This document shows, piece after piece, positions 54,607-62,867 of a DNA stretch of 64,000 nt (the stretch's first letter is position 1; each line of letters begins with the position of its first letter). This DNA is from an uncultured bacterium. Its GTDB lineage: Bacteria; Eisenbacteria; RBG-16-71-46; JAFGJU01. The translations under genes were made by a program, and so were the position numbers. The stretch covers positions 12,893 through 76,892 of the forward strand of contig CAZMZP010000077.1 of NCBI GenBank assembly GCA_964570935.1, read 5' to 3'. The notes below the pieces were generated by a model, which was given only the letters and a program-made list of their open reading frames with translations, was not told the origin of the DNA and searched no databases.

Positions 54607-56703
54607 ATGAAGACGTCGAGGAAGTCTGTCGTTCTGCCGCTCACGCTGTCTTGCCTTCTGCTGGCTGCTGTTCAATGCCTGATGTACCCGACCACCGCTT
54701 TTCCGGCTCAACTGAACCCGGGCCGGCCCGCACCGGAGTTCATCCTGCCCGGCATGGACGGAAAGGGCCTCTTTGCGTCACAACTGCTCCTGGAAGAGCT
54801 GCCGCATACTCTGCTGATCTTCTGGAACACCGACTGCGAGGAATGCCTGAAAGCGGTCGAAGCGTGCGACGCTCTGGCGGACAGTCTTGGAACGCTGGGT
54901 GTGGGACTCGTCGGTATAAATCACGAGGCCGGAGGCGTCGGCCCTGCGCTGGATTTTCTGCGCGACCGAGGGATACGATTCCTACAGCTTTCCGACGTCG
55001 ACAGGCGCGTGACTACCGAGTACGGCGCTGAGCAATTCAGCTTCAGTGTCTTTCTTATAGACTCAGCCGGAATCGTGCAGGATTTCTTTTACGACACGCC
55101 GCCGGACGCGCAGAAGTTGCTGTTCAACATGCTCGCACCTGTGCTGGAAAGCCCAGTCGCGAGGCCGGAGCAGGCGGAGGCCACAGGCGGCGTGGCCTCC
55201 AGGTCGGTGGGAAAGGGCCTTGCCGGAGTCCGCCGCGCAGCCATCAGGACAGAACGAATACGGTCGGGAATACGCGTGACGGGTGACCTCCGGGTCAGGG
55301 CCCTGGACCTTCAGGTGCTTGAGGATGACTGGGGCCCTTCGGAGCCCACCGGGCCCTACGGAGAGGCCCTGGAGCAAGGCAAGTCGCTCACCTACCGGCT
55401 CCAGTGCCAGGTCACCGCGGAGGTCGCGAGCTGGCTCGCGGCCGGGGCTCTGCTCAGGCTCAGCAACGAGAGCGAAGAAGTCCTGGAGCTGGGCCCGCAG
55501 TACTTCTCGAACGAGATGGGAAGCGTGTTCGCTAGGTACTTGGGAGGGAGTTTCTCGGCGCGACTCGGGTACTTCGATGCGCACTTCAGTCCGCTCAGTC
55601 TCATGAGGTGGGACATTGAGGACAACCCCAGGACCGGCGGAAGGACGTCGAGCTGCGCGTGCGCCGGGTCGGCCGGCGCGTATCTTCTCCAGAGCCTCGA
55701 GGAGCTGGGTCCGGACCTGACCTTTGAGGGCTTGGACCTGTCGTGGGGCTTTCAGAGTCTTGCCACGGTTAGGGCGTTCTATGCCGTTCCCAGGACGGCG
55801 CACGGGGTGTCCTATGCCGCTCTCGAGCCCGGAAGCGAGACGCTTCTTGACTTTCGTTACCGCCGTGATCTCTACGGAATCAGAGCCGACTTCAGCCCAT
55901 GGTACGCGGCCGGGACGCCGAGGCCCGGCGTGTCGTTTCACTCGATAGTAGCAAGAGACGATGAAGAGTCGGCCAGCCTGCCTCTCGCGGGATATGAGTG
56001 GCTCGTGTCCGCCACGAACGGCCAGGTCTACGGCGGCAGAATCACTCTTCCGGTCGGACATACGTTTTCCGTGGAGGCCGAATTCGACCGCACGAGAACA
56101 GACGACGACGTGAGGCAGGCATCTGACGACATAAGGTACGGCAAAGGGTTCCTGGGCACCGTCGAGGCCGACCCGGCGGCCTGGCTGAGCGCGTCTGCCG
56201 CTTGTCTCTACACTTCAGACGACTTCGTGTCGGCTTACAGCGCCCTCTCCTACGTGCCGAACAGAAGGGGCGCCAGACTGAGTCTGAATTTCCACCTGGA
56301 CCGGCTGGGCGTCGACTTGTTCGCCAAGTACCTCGAGCCGGTTGAGCCGGACTCGCTGGAGTCGACAGTCATATCCACACTGGTGCTCGAGAACGAGCTT
56401 GCAGTCGGCGTTTGGGGCGCTGTGCCGCTCGTCTCCGGAATCGAGGCCGGGGCGGGCTGGGTCATGGAAAGAGGCACTTACGACGCCTACAGGGCCGGTG
56501 GCGTGTACGTGCCGGAAGAGTTGGGCTTCGGACGGGGACTCACACGCGGTAAGCACATCTTCACTGCGCAGGTGGAGCGCATCCTGGACAGGAAGAGCCA
56601 CGTCGACCTTCTGTACCAATACACGAAATACTCGGACGAGACAGACTCCAGAAACGACTTTTCCTCTCACAGGACCAGCCTGCAGGTCACGGCGGCCTTC
56701 TAG
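54607..56703 (+). CDS. Fusion of a TlpA/ResA-like thioredoxin-fold domain (CxxC) with a large C-terminal domain that is probably an outer-membrane beta-barrel
   Basis: Signal peptide MKTSRKSVVLPLTLSCLLLAAVQC. PAPEFILPGMDGK...LLIFWNTDCEECLKA (redoxin WxxxCxxC). About 550-aa C-terminal region with amphipathic beta-strand patterning, ending ...SLQVTAAF (terminal Phe, OMP-like). Confidence 0.5.
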   Translation: MKTSRKSVVLPLTLSCLLLAAVQCLMYPTTAFPAQLNPGRPAPEFILPGMDGKGLFASQLLLEELPHTLLIFWNTDCEECLKAVEACDALADSLGTLGVGLVGINHEAGGVGPALDFLRDRGIRFLQLSDVDRRVTTEYGAEQFSFSVFLIDSAGIVQDFFYDTPPDAQKLLFNMLAPVLESPVARPEQAEATGGVASRSVGKGLAGVRRAAIRTERIRSGIRVTGDLRVRALDLQVLEDDWGPSEPTGPYGEALEQGKSLTYRLQCQVTAEVASWLAAGALLRLSNESEEVLELGPQYFSNEMGSVFARYLGGSFSARLGYFDAHFSPLSLMRWDIEDNPRTGGRTSSCACAGSAGAYLLQSLEELGPDLTFEGLDLSWGFQSLATVRAFYAVPRTAHGVSYAALEPGSETLLDFRYRRDLYGIRADFSPWYAAGTPRPGVSFHSIVARDDEESASLPLAGYEWLVSATNGQVYGGRITLPVGHTFSVEAEFDRTRTDDDVRQASDDIRYGKGFLGTVEADPAAWLSASAACLYTSDDFVSAYSALSYVPNRRGARLSLNFHLDRLGVDLFAKYLEPVEPDSLESTVISTLVLENELAVGVWGAVPLVSGIEAGAGWVMERGTYDAYRAGGVYVPEELGFGRGLTRGKHIFTAQVERILDRKSHVDLLYQYTKYSDETDSRNDFSSHRTSLQVTAAF

Positions 56704-56827
56704 CCCGCCCACACCAGCGCTCGCCAGAGCGGCAAGAGCACAGGGGCCTTAACCCCAGAATAGGACATTTTAACTTTGCTAAGAACCGGACATTCTAAGA
56801 TTGCTAACACAGTCCGGCCCGAAACCC

Positions 56828-56856
56828 TTGTGCTGCTCTGACACCTGTGGTACAAT
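56828..56856 (+). promoter_or_regulatory. Extended -10 sigma70-like promoter (TTGTGC-N17-TGgTACAAT) upstream of the beta-helix gene triplet
   Basis: cTTGTGCtgctctgacaccTGtggTACAATtcg. Predicted TSS about 56864. Confidence 0.4.
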
Positions 56857-56876
56857 TCGTGCCCAGAGTGCAAATG

Positions 56877-56907
56877 AACGCCCGCACGAGGGGCGTTGCT
56901 TTTTTGT
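56877..56907 (+). terminator. Promoter-proximal intrinsic-terminator-like hairpin (possible attenuator)
   Basis: AACGCCC-gcacgag-GGGCGTT followed by gcTTTTTTg. It begins only about 14 nt after the predicted TSS and 43 nt before the RBS (GAGGAGG) of beta-helix copy 1. Confidence 0.5.
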
Positions 56908-56949
56908 GGGGTTCGCCGGTCCTATTGGACCGGGCGCGAGGAGGAATAC

Positions 56950-57762
56950 TTGACTGGCACTACTGTCCGGCATAGAGTGTTCCTTGCTGCGCTCATGCTG
57001 CTTCCGTTCGCGCTCCTTTCGCTTGCTTTCCTGCCGCAGGCCGCCTGCGGAGTCACGCTCGAGTTCGCCTACGTCACGGCGGGTCCTCAGAACGGGTACG
57101 ACAAGTACGTTGAGCTCTCACCGTCCGTGACGTACACGGGAGGGCTGACCATTCCGGCGGGTGACACGGCCTGCGTAAGGGGCAACGGTGCCTTGATAGA
57201 CCTCCAGGGTTCGATAATCGACATCCAAGGCAAGACTGTCAGGCTGGACATCGACCACTGCGTGCTCATCAACGGCGGCAGTCCCGAGTATGGGGCCGGC
57301 CAGGCCGCGCTCAACTTTGTGGGTTCATACGGCAGCGTTACGAACAACACGATACACGGGAACACCGTAGGAGTGCGCATCTACCTCTCCGGCATGAACG
57401 GAATCACCATAAAGAACAACATCGTCATGAACAACGCCTACGCCGGGGTCCTCTGTCAGCTCGGGAGCGAGCCCAACGCCATCTTCAACGACGCTTGGGG
57501 CAACTCGGGCTACGGCGATTACGCCATGGACTGTGGGTGAAGCGGCGGCGGGATCAAGGTTTGGTCCCCATTCCCAGGAACAGGCAACATCTCCGCTGAC
57601 CCTCTCTTCGTGCATGTAACTGCCCTGGATTTTCACCTGCACCCCGCCAGTCCGTGCATTGGCGCAGGCGACCCCGCAGGCAGCAACATCGGCGCACTGG
57701 GCAGTCCGACTCCGGTGGAGTCGATAAGCTGGGGTGGGGTCAAGGCGATGTTTGTGCGATAG
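56950..57762 (+). pseudogene. Parallel beta-helix repeat protein, tandem copy 1, interrupted by an in-frame TGA at 57538-57540
   Basis: TTG start after GAGGAGG. Signal peptide. Pectin-lyase-fold repeats (NNTIHGNTVGVRIY...IKNNIVMNNAYAG). After the TGA the same frame continues for 74 codons that align to copies 2 and 3 (SGGGIKVWSPFPGTGNISADPLFVH...TPVESISWGGVKAMFVR*). Confidence 0.5.
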
Positions 57763-58052
57763 CCCCGCAATCCGCCCAAATTCGCTTCCGTCAAGCCTCC
57801 TGCGCTTTCGTTTTCCGCCCCATGCATCATGCGGGGTGAGCCTTGGCAGCGTGCCAGCCCGGCCGCGACCGCGCGGGTGCTGACACGGCCCAACCAATTG
57901 GAACAGAACCACCTGGACGGACGTGCAGTATCCCACAACGTGCGGTACGGTTCACGCTTACACTGATTCTGGGCCCGCCGCCAGTCGAGCACATCATCAT
58001 GGCTATGGCAAATGTGGCTAGGCTAAGGGTTCTCACAAAGGAGCGGCACCTC

Positions 58053-59630
58053 ATGGTCACCTATGCTCGACACCCATTGTTCCTCGCTGTTCCGGTGCTG
58101 TTGTTTGCCTCGCTCCTGCCCCAGGCGGCCGCCGGCGTCACTCTCGAGTCCGCCTATTCGGGCGCCTCGTCCCAGAACGGGTACGATAAGTACGTAGTTC
58201 TGTCTGCCGGGGCCACGTACACCGGGGGCCTTACAATCCCGGCCGGCGACACAGCCTGCATAAAGGGTAGCGGCGCCACGCTCGACCTCCAGGGCGGCAT
58301 GATACACGTGGGCGGCAACACCACGTTTCTTGCTATCGACCACTGCGTGCTCGTGAACGGCGGCAACCCTCTCTACGGACCCGGCCAGGCCGCTCTTAAC
58401 TTCGTCGCGTCCCGCGGCGCTGTCGTCAACAACACAATCCATGACAACACCGTGGGCGTGCGCGTGTACCTTGCCTCGCCCGGCGCCGTCGTCGTCAAGA
58501 ACAACATCCTCTCGCAAAACACGTATGCCGGAGTCATCTGCGAGCTGGGCAGCGAAGCGAACGTCACATACAACGACGGTTGGAACAACACCATGTACGG
58601 CAACTACGCCGTGGACTACTACTGCGTGAACGGAGGCATTCAGCCGTGGACTCCTTCTCCGGGGACCGGCAACATCAAGGCGGACCCTCTGTACGTGGAC
58701 GCGGCCGCGCTGGACTTCCACCTGGGCACCGGCAGCCCTTGCTTGGGCGCGGGTGACCCTGCCGGTACGGACATGGGTGCGCTCGGGAACGGGGGCGGAG
58801 GAGGAGGGGGCGGCGAGGTCTTCTTCAAGACCTACTATCCCACCGCGATGACGATGCTCATAGGCGCTGTGGGAGCCGGCAGCCATCTCAGCCTCGGCGC
58901 CGACGACGGCGCCTATCTTAGGGTAAACGCGATCAAGTCCGGCAAGAAGTACTACACCGATTGGTACGGCCGGACGACCATCGACGAAGCGCCGTTAGAG
59001 CTGACCATCACGTACAACGGCAATTACTCCGCGAGCCGCACGCAGACGATCTACCTCTACAATTTCGTGACCAACTCGTGGTCGCCGGCGAACATGTCGA
59101 CCGTCGGCACGACGGACGTCACCAAGACCTATACAACCACGTCGCCCGCGGGCTTCGTTTCTGCGGCGGGCGAGATCAGGGTAAGGGTGGCCGCGAGCGC
59201 CAACAGCAAGGTGTACTCGTGCTACGCGGACTATCTTGCTGTCACCGTCAAGTACACCACGTCGCCTATGCTGGCGTTTGAGCGCGAGCAGGAGGAGCAG
59301 ACGTTCGACTTGTCCTCCGGCAGCCAGGAAGGCCTGACTTCGGCTCCGCCGGTGGCGGCGACCGGGCTCGAGGCATGGCCCAACCCGTTCAACCCGACAG
59401 TCAGCGTCGCCTTCGAGCTGGAAAGGACGACAACAGGCTCGCTGTCCGTGTATGACGTGTCCGGCCGCAAGCTGGTCGAGCTGACTCGCGGGAAGCTGGA
59501 CGCGGGACGCCACGTGGTCGTATGGAACGGCAGGGATTCCGAGGGCCGGGCGCTGAGTTCCGGCACCTACATCGCCAGGCTGGACGGCGAGGGAGTCTCG
59601 CAGTCGCTGAAGCTCGTGATGCTGAAATAG
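58053..59630 (+). CDS. Parallel beta-helix repeat protein, tandem copy 2, fused via a Gly8 linker to a 270-aa beta-rich module plus T9SS CTD
   Basis: RBS AAAGGAG. Signal peptide MVTYARHPLFLAVPVLLFASLLPQAAAG. Beta-helix repeats. C-cap ADPLYVDAAALDFHLGTGSPCLGAGDP. Then GGGGGGGG, EVFFKTYYPTAMTMLIG ... LEAWPNPFNPTVSVAFEL...KLVMLK. Confidence 0.65.
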   Translation: MVTYARHPLFLAVPVLLFASLLPQAAAGVTLESAYSGASSQNGYDKYVVLSAGATYTGGLTIPAGDTACIKGSGATLDLQGGMIHVGGNTTFLAIDHCVLVNGGNPLYGPGQAALNFVASRGAVVNNTIHDNTVGVRVYLASPGAVVVKNNILSQNTYAGVICELGSEANVTYNDGWNNTMYGNYAVDYYCVNGGIQPWTPSPGTGNIKADPLYVDAAALDFHLGTGSPCLGAGDPAGTDMGALGNGGGGGGGGEVFFKTYYPTAMTMLIGAVGAGSHLSLGADDGAYLRVNAIKSGKKYYTDWYGRTTIDEAPLELTITYNGNYSASRTQTIYLYNFVTNSWSPANMSTVGTTDVTKTYTTTSPAGFVSAAGEIRVRVAASANSKVYSCYADYLAVTVKYTTSPMLAFEREQEEQTFDLSSGSQEGLTSAPPVAATGLEAWPNPFNPTVSVAFELERTTTGSLSVYDVSGRKLVELTRGKLDAGRHVVVWNGRDSEGRALSSGTYIARLDGEGVSQSLKLVMLK

Positions 59631-59658
59631 GGTTTCTACAGCTGGATTGATACTCTGG

Positions 59659-59685
59659 CGACGTGCCCGGTAGACGGGCACGTCG
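59659..59685 (+). terminator. GC hairpin (11-bp stem cgacgtgcccg/cgggcacgtcg) between beta-helix copies 2 and 3. No U-tract.
   Basis: Perfect inverted repeat with loop gtaga. Could act as a weak terminator or RNA processing site. Confidence 0.3.
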
Positions 59686-59742
59686 TCGCGCCTGCGTCCA
59701 GTGCGGTTGGGTCAGGGGCTGTTACACAAGGAGCGGTGTCCG

Positions 59743-60537
59743 ATGGTTACCCATGCTCGAAAACGTTTGTGTCTCGCGTGTGCCGTGCTTCTGTCTGCCT
59801 GCGTACTGCCCCAGGCAGTCCTGGGCGCTACGCTGGAGTCCGCGTACACGAGCGCCGGGCCGCTCAACGGGTACGCCAAGTACGTCGAGCTGTCGAGCAC
59901 TGTTACTTATACCGGCGGGCTGACCATACTGGGCGGCGAAGCGGTCTGCATAAGGGGTAATGGCGCCACCGTCGACCTCCAACACGGGATGATTCACGTG
60001 GGAGGCGCCGGAACACAGCTCGACATCGACCACTGCGTGCTGGTGAACGGCGGCGACCCCGTCTACGGGCCGGGCCAGTCCGCCATCAACTTCGTGGCTT
60101 CCGGCGGCAGCGTAGTCAACAACACTCTGCACGCCAACACCGTGGGCGTCCGGGTCTACCAGACCGCGGCTGGCTCTGTGTCGGTCAAGAACAACATCTT
60201 CTCGGACAACACGCAGGCCGGTCTTATCTGCGAGCTGGGCTGTGAAGCGGACGTCAGCTACAACGACGGTTGGAACAACTTCAGATACGGCACCTATGCC
60301 ATCGACTACTACTGCGTGAGCGGAGGCATCCAGTCGTGGACGCCGGCACCGGGAACCGGAAACATCGGAGCCGACCCTCTGTACGTGGACGAAGCCGCGC
60401 TCGACTTCCACCTGGACCCCGAGAGCCCGTGCGTCGCATCCGGCCACCCCTCAGGCACCAACATGGGTGCGCTGGGCGCCCCCACTCCGGTCGAGTCCAT
60501 GACCTGGGGCAGGATCAAGGCTACGTTCGCCAACTAG
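59743..60537 (+). CDS. Parallel beta-helix repeat protein, tandem copy 3 (short form with the conserved C-terminal tail)
   Basis: RBS AAGGAG. Signal peptide MVTHARKRLCLACAVLLSACVLPQAVLG. Repeats. C-cap GADPLYVDEAALDFHLDPESPCVASGHP. Tail TPVESMTWGRIKATFAN. Confidence 0.65.
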   Translation: MVTHARKRLCLACAVLLSACVLPQAVLGATLESAYTSAGPLNGYAKYVELSSTVTYTGGLTILGGEAVCIRGNGATVDLQHGMIHVGGAGTQLDIDHCVLVNGGDPVYGPGQSAINFVASGGSVVNNTLHANTVGVRVYQTAAGSVSVKNNIFSDNTQAGLICELGCEADVSYNDGWNNFRYGTYAIDYYCVSGGIQSWTPAPGTGNIGADPLYVDEAALDFHLDPESPCVASGHPSGTNMGALGAPTPVESMTWGRIKATFAN

Positions 60538-60643
60538 CGACTGTCCCGCAACACGCTCTTTCGGTCTCAGACCCCACAGGCGTCCCGCCGGTCTGTTGCG
60601 GCTCGAAGCAGTGCCCCTGCCGCGCACCTCCCCTATTATTCTG

Positions 60644-60672
60644 TTGACACTTCTCCCAGCCTCTCATAGTCT
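60644..60672 (+). promoter_or_regulatory. Sigma70-like promoter (TTGACA-N17-TAGTCT) for the downstream membrane-protein operon
   Basis: cTGTTGACActtctcccagcctctcaTAGTCTtt in an AT-richer island. Confidence 0.4.
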
Positions 60673-60728
60673 TTTCATCGTTGTTGTTTCTCGCTCAACG
60701 GGCCCAAGTTCCGTCAGACGGAGTGCTC

Positions 60729-62129
60729 ATGCCACCCTGTCGCGAAGAGTTCGATCACCGCGTCAACCCCGCGAGACTTTCAGTTCCGTTTTCCGCGCTC
60801 CTTTTCTTCAGATTCGTGAGACTGATCAGATACATCCCGGCGCTGGCCGTAGCCCTCGGGCTCGTATTCTCCTGCTGGACCTTCTGCGGCGTGTGCACGG
60901 CTGCGGACGCGGCTGAGCCGCCCGCCGGAAAGGACGCCGAGCAGGCCGCGCCGCCCGTTTCAAAGGGTGCCCCGATAGGACACGACCAGGGGGGCCTGCC
61001 GATTGTCCCGATGCCTCCCGCCTCCCCCACGGAGGTCAAGGCGGCCGACTCGCCCGACGACCACGGCGAGAGCATAACTGTGTCCTGGGTCTTGTCCGCG
61101 GACGACGTGCCGGTCACCGGAAAGGTCACCGGCTACGCCATAATGAGGTGCGAGACACCCGACGGCGCCTACGAGCAGGTCAGCACAGCTCCGGCCCAGG
61201 CGCAGCAGTACCTGGACACTTCGGTGGACGAGCACGTGCAGTACTACTACAAGGTCGGCGCGATGTGCGGGGAGCTGGTGTCACTGTCCGAGATGACCGG
61301 GCCCATCGCCGCCAGGCAGCAGTGGTTCGACTCCAGAGTGGTCAATCTCCTCGCGATCGCCGTCATCCTCATCGTCGCGATAATGTGGTTCGTCTTCCAG
61401 GCCGGCAGGGGGAAGAAGCTTTTCATAAGAAGGATCGCCGGCATCGAGGCGGTGGAAGAGGCGGTCGGCCGGGCCACCGAGATGGGAAAACCTATACTCT
61501 TCATACCGGGCATCCAGGACATGGACAACGTGCAGACGGTCGCGGGCCTCACGATACTGGCCAGCGTGGGCAAACTGGCCGCCCAGTACGAGACCAAGCT
61601 GGAAGTGCCGGTGAGCCGCTCTCTGGTCATGAGCACGGCCAGGGAGACTCTCAAGGCGGCTTACTTGAGCGTGGGGAGACCCGACCTCTACACCGACGAC
61701 ATGGCCTACTACGTGACGGACGAGCAGTTCGGTTACGTGGCCGCCGTGGACGGGATAATGGTGCGTGAGAAGCCCGCCACCTGTTTCTACATGGGCGCCT
61801 TCTTCGCCGAGTCACTGATCCTGGCCGAGACCGGGAACTCGGTCGGAGCGATCCAGATAGCCGGAACGGCGATGCCCACGCAGCTGCCGTTCTTCGTGGC
61901 CGCGTGCGACTACACGCTGATCGGAGAGGAGCTCTTCGCGGCGAGCGCGTACCTGTCGAAGGACGTGAAGATGATAGGAAGCTTGAAGGGCCAGGACGTG
62001 GGCAAGGGCATCGCGATGTTTTTCATTTTGCTCGGCTCCATCGTGGCGACCGTCGGGTCCGTGAGCGGAAACAGCTCGGTCAACGCGGTCAGCGACTGGC
62101 TGAGGAACCTTTTCCAGTTGAACTTTTAG
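60729..62129 (+). CDS. Membrane protein with a periplasmic FN3-like domain and a C-terminal conserved domain of unknown function
   Basis: Start at MPPCREEF after GACGGAG. Hydrophobic N-terminus. FN3-like SPDDHGESITVSWVLSADD...GYAIMRCE...YYYKVGAM. TM helix VVNLLAIAVILIVAIMWFVF. 270-aa cytoplasmic or second-compartment domain. Confidence 0.5.
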   Translation: MPPCREEFDHRVNPARLSVPFSALLFFRFVRLIRYIPALAVALGLVFSCWTFCGVCTAADAAEPPAGKDAEQAAPPVSKGAPIGHDQGGLPIVPMPPASPTEVKAADSPDDHGESITVSWVLSADDVPVTGKVTGYAIMRCETPDGAYEQVSTAPAQAQQYLDTSVDEHVQYYYKVGAMCGELVSLSEMTGPIAARQQWFDSRVVNLLAIAVILIVAIMWFVFQAGRGKKLFIRRIAGIEAVEEAVGRATEMGKPILFIPGIQDMDNVQTVAGLTILASVGKLAAQYETKLEVPVSRSLVMSTARETLKAAYLSVGRPDLYTDDMAYYVTDEQFGYVAAVDGIMVREKPATCFYMGAFFAESLILAETGNSVGAIQIAGTAMPTQLPFFVAACDYTLIGEELFAASAYLSKDVKMIGSLKGQDVGKGIAMFFILLGSIVATVGSVSGNSSVNAVSDWLRNLFQLNF

Positions 62130-62136
62130 GTAGCAG

Positions 62137-62826
62137 ATGTTTTTCAAGGTACAGATCCCACTCCTCATAACGTTCATCGTAGGGGCGGCGCTGGTCGTGG
62201 CCATGTTCGTGCCGCATTTCCCGTTCTACGAGGCGAACGAAAACTTCTCCATCTACTTTGACCTGATAGCGGTGTTCGCGTTCATCCTGGGCGGCGGGAA
62301 CCTCCTCAAGATCCACGGCGACAGGATCTGGAAAAAGGGACGGGACTGGAAGTACAGCATCGTGACCGTGGCGGGGTTCCTGGCGATGCTGATAGTGGGA
62401 ACGCTCAAGATAGGCGGCCCGCCGGGGTTCACCGGGGACGTCAGCGCGAGCGACAGCTGGTTCGGTTTCATGTACAACGCCATGTTCGTGCCGCTCCAGT
62501 CGACGATGTTCTCGCTGCTGGCATTCTTCGTCGCCTCGGCGTCGTACAGGGCCTTCAGGGCGAAGACCAAGGAAGCCACCATGCTGCTGGTCGCGGCCTT
62601 CATCATTTTGATTGGCCGCACACCGCTCGGGCACGCCATGACTGCGTGGCTTCCGCCGCAGCTTCAGTTCCTTCACATCCCGAACCTGAGCAACTGGATT
62701 CTATCAATACCCAACATGGCCGGACAGCGGGCCATAATGATCGGCATCGCACTCGGAATAATCTCGACGTCGCTCAAGCTGATACTGGGCATCGAACGTT
62801 CTTATCTGGGCGGGGAGAGCAAGTAG
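62137..62826 (+). CDS. Polytopic membrane protein, unknown function
   Basis: 6-7 hydrophobic helices (MFFKVQIPLLITFIVGAALVVAMFV...). 8-nt gap to the upstream gene. Confidence 0.5.
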   Translation: MFFKVQIPLLITFIVGAALVVAMFVPHFPFYEANENFSIYFDLIAVFAFILGGGNLLKIHGDRIWKKGRDWKYSIVTVAGFLAMLIVGTLKIGGPPGFTGDVSASDSWFGFMYNAMFVPLQSTMFSLLAFFVASASYRAFRAKTKEATMLLVAAFIILIGRTPLGHAMTAWLPPQLQFLHIPNLSNWILSIPNMAGQRAIMIGIALGIISTSLKLILGIERSYLGGESK

Positions 62827-62867
62827 GAAGCGCACGGCCGGGCCGCTGAGCCCGGCAGGGAAACAGA

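Noticed and set aside
57538-57540. Genome-wide TGA recoding (e.g. TGA=Gly) as the explanation for the in-frame TGA
   Set aside because: TGA is used as a genuine stop throughout the window, including several ATGA/TGATG stop-start overlaps. High GC is also inconsistent with the known UGA-recoding lineages.
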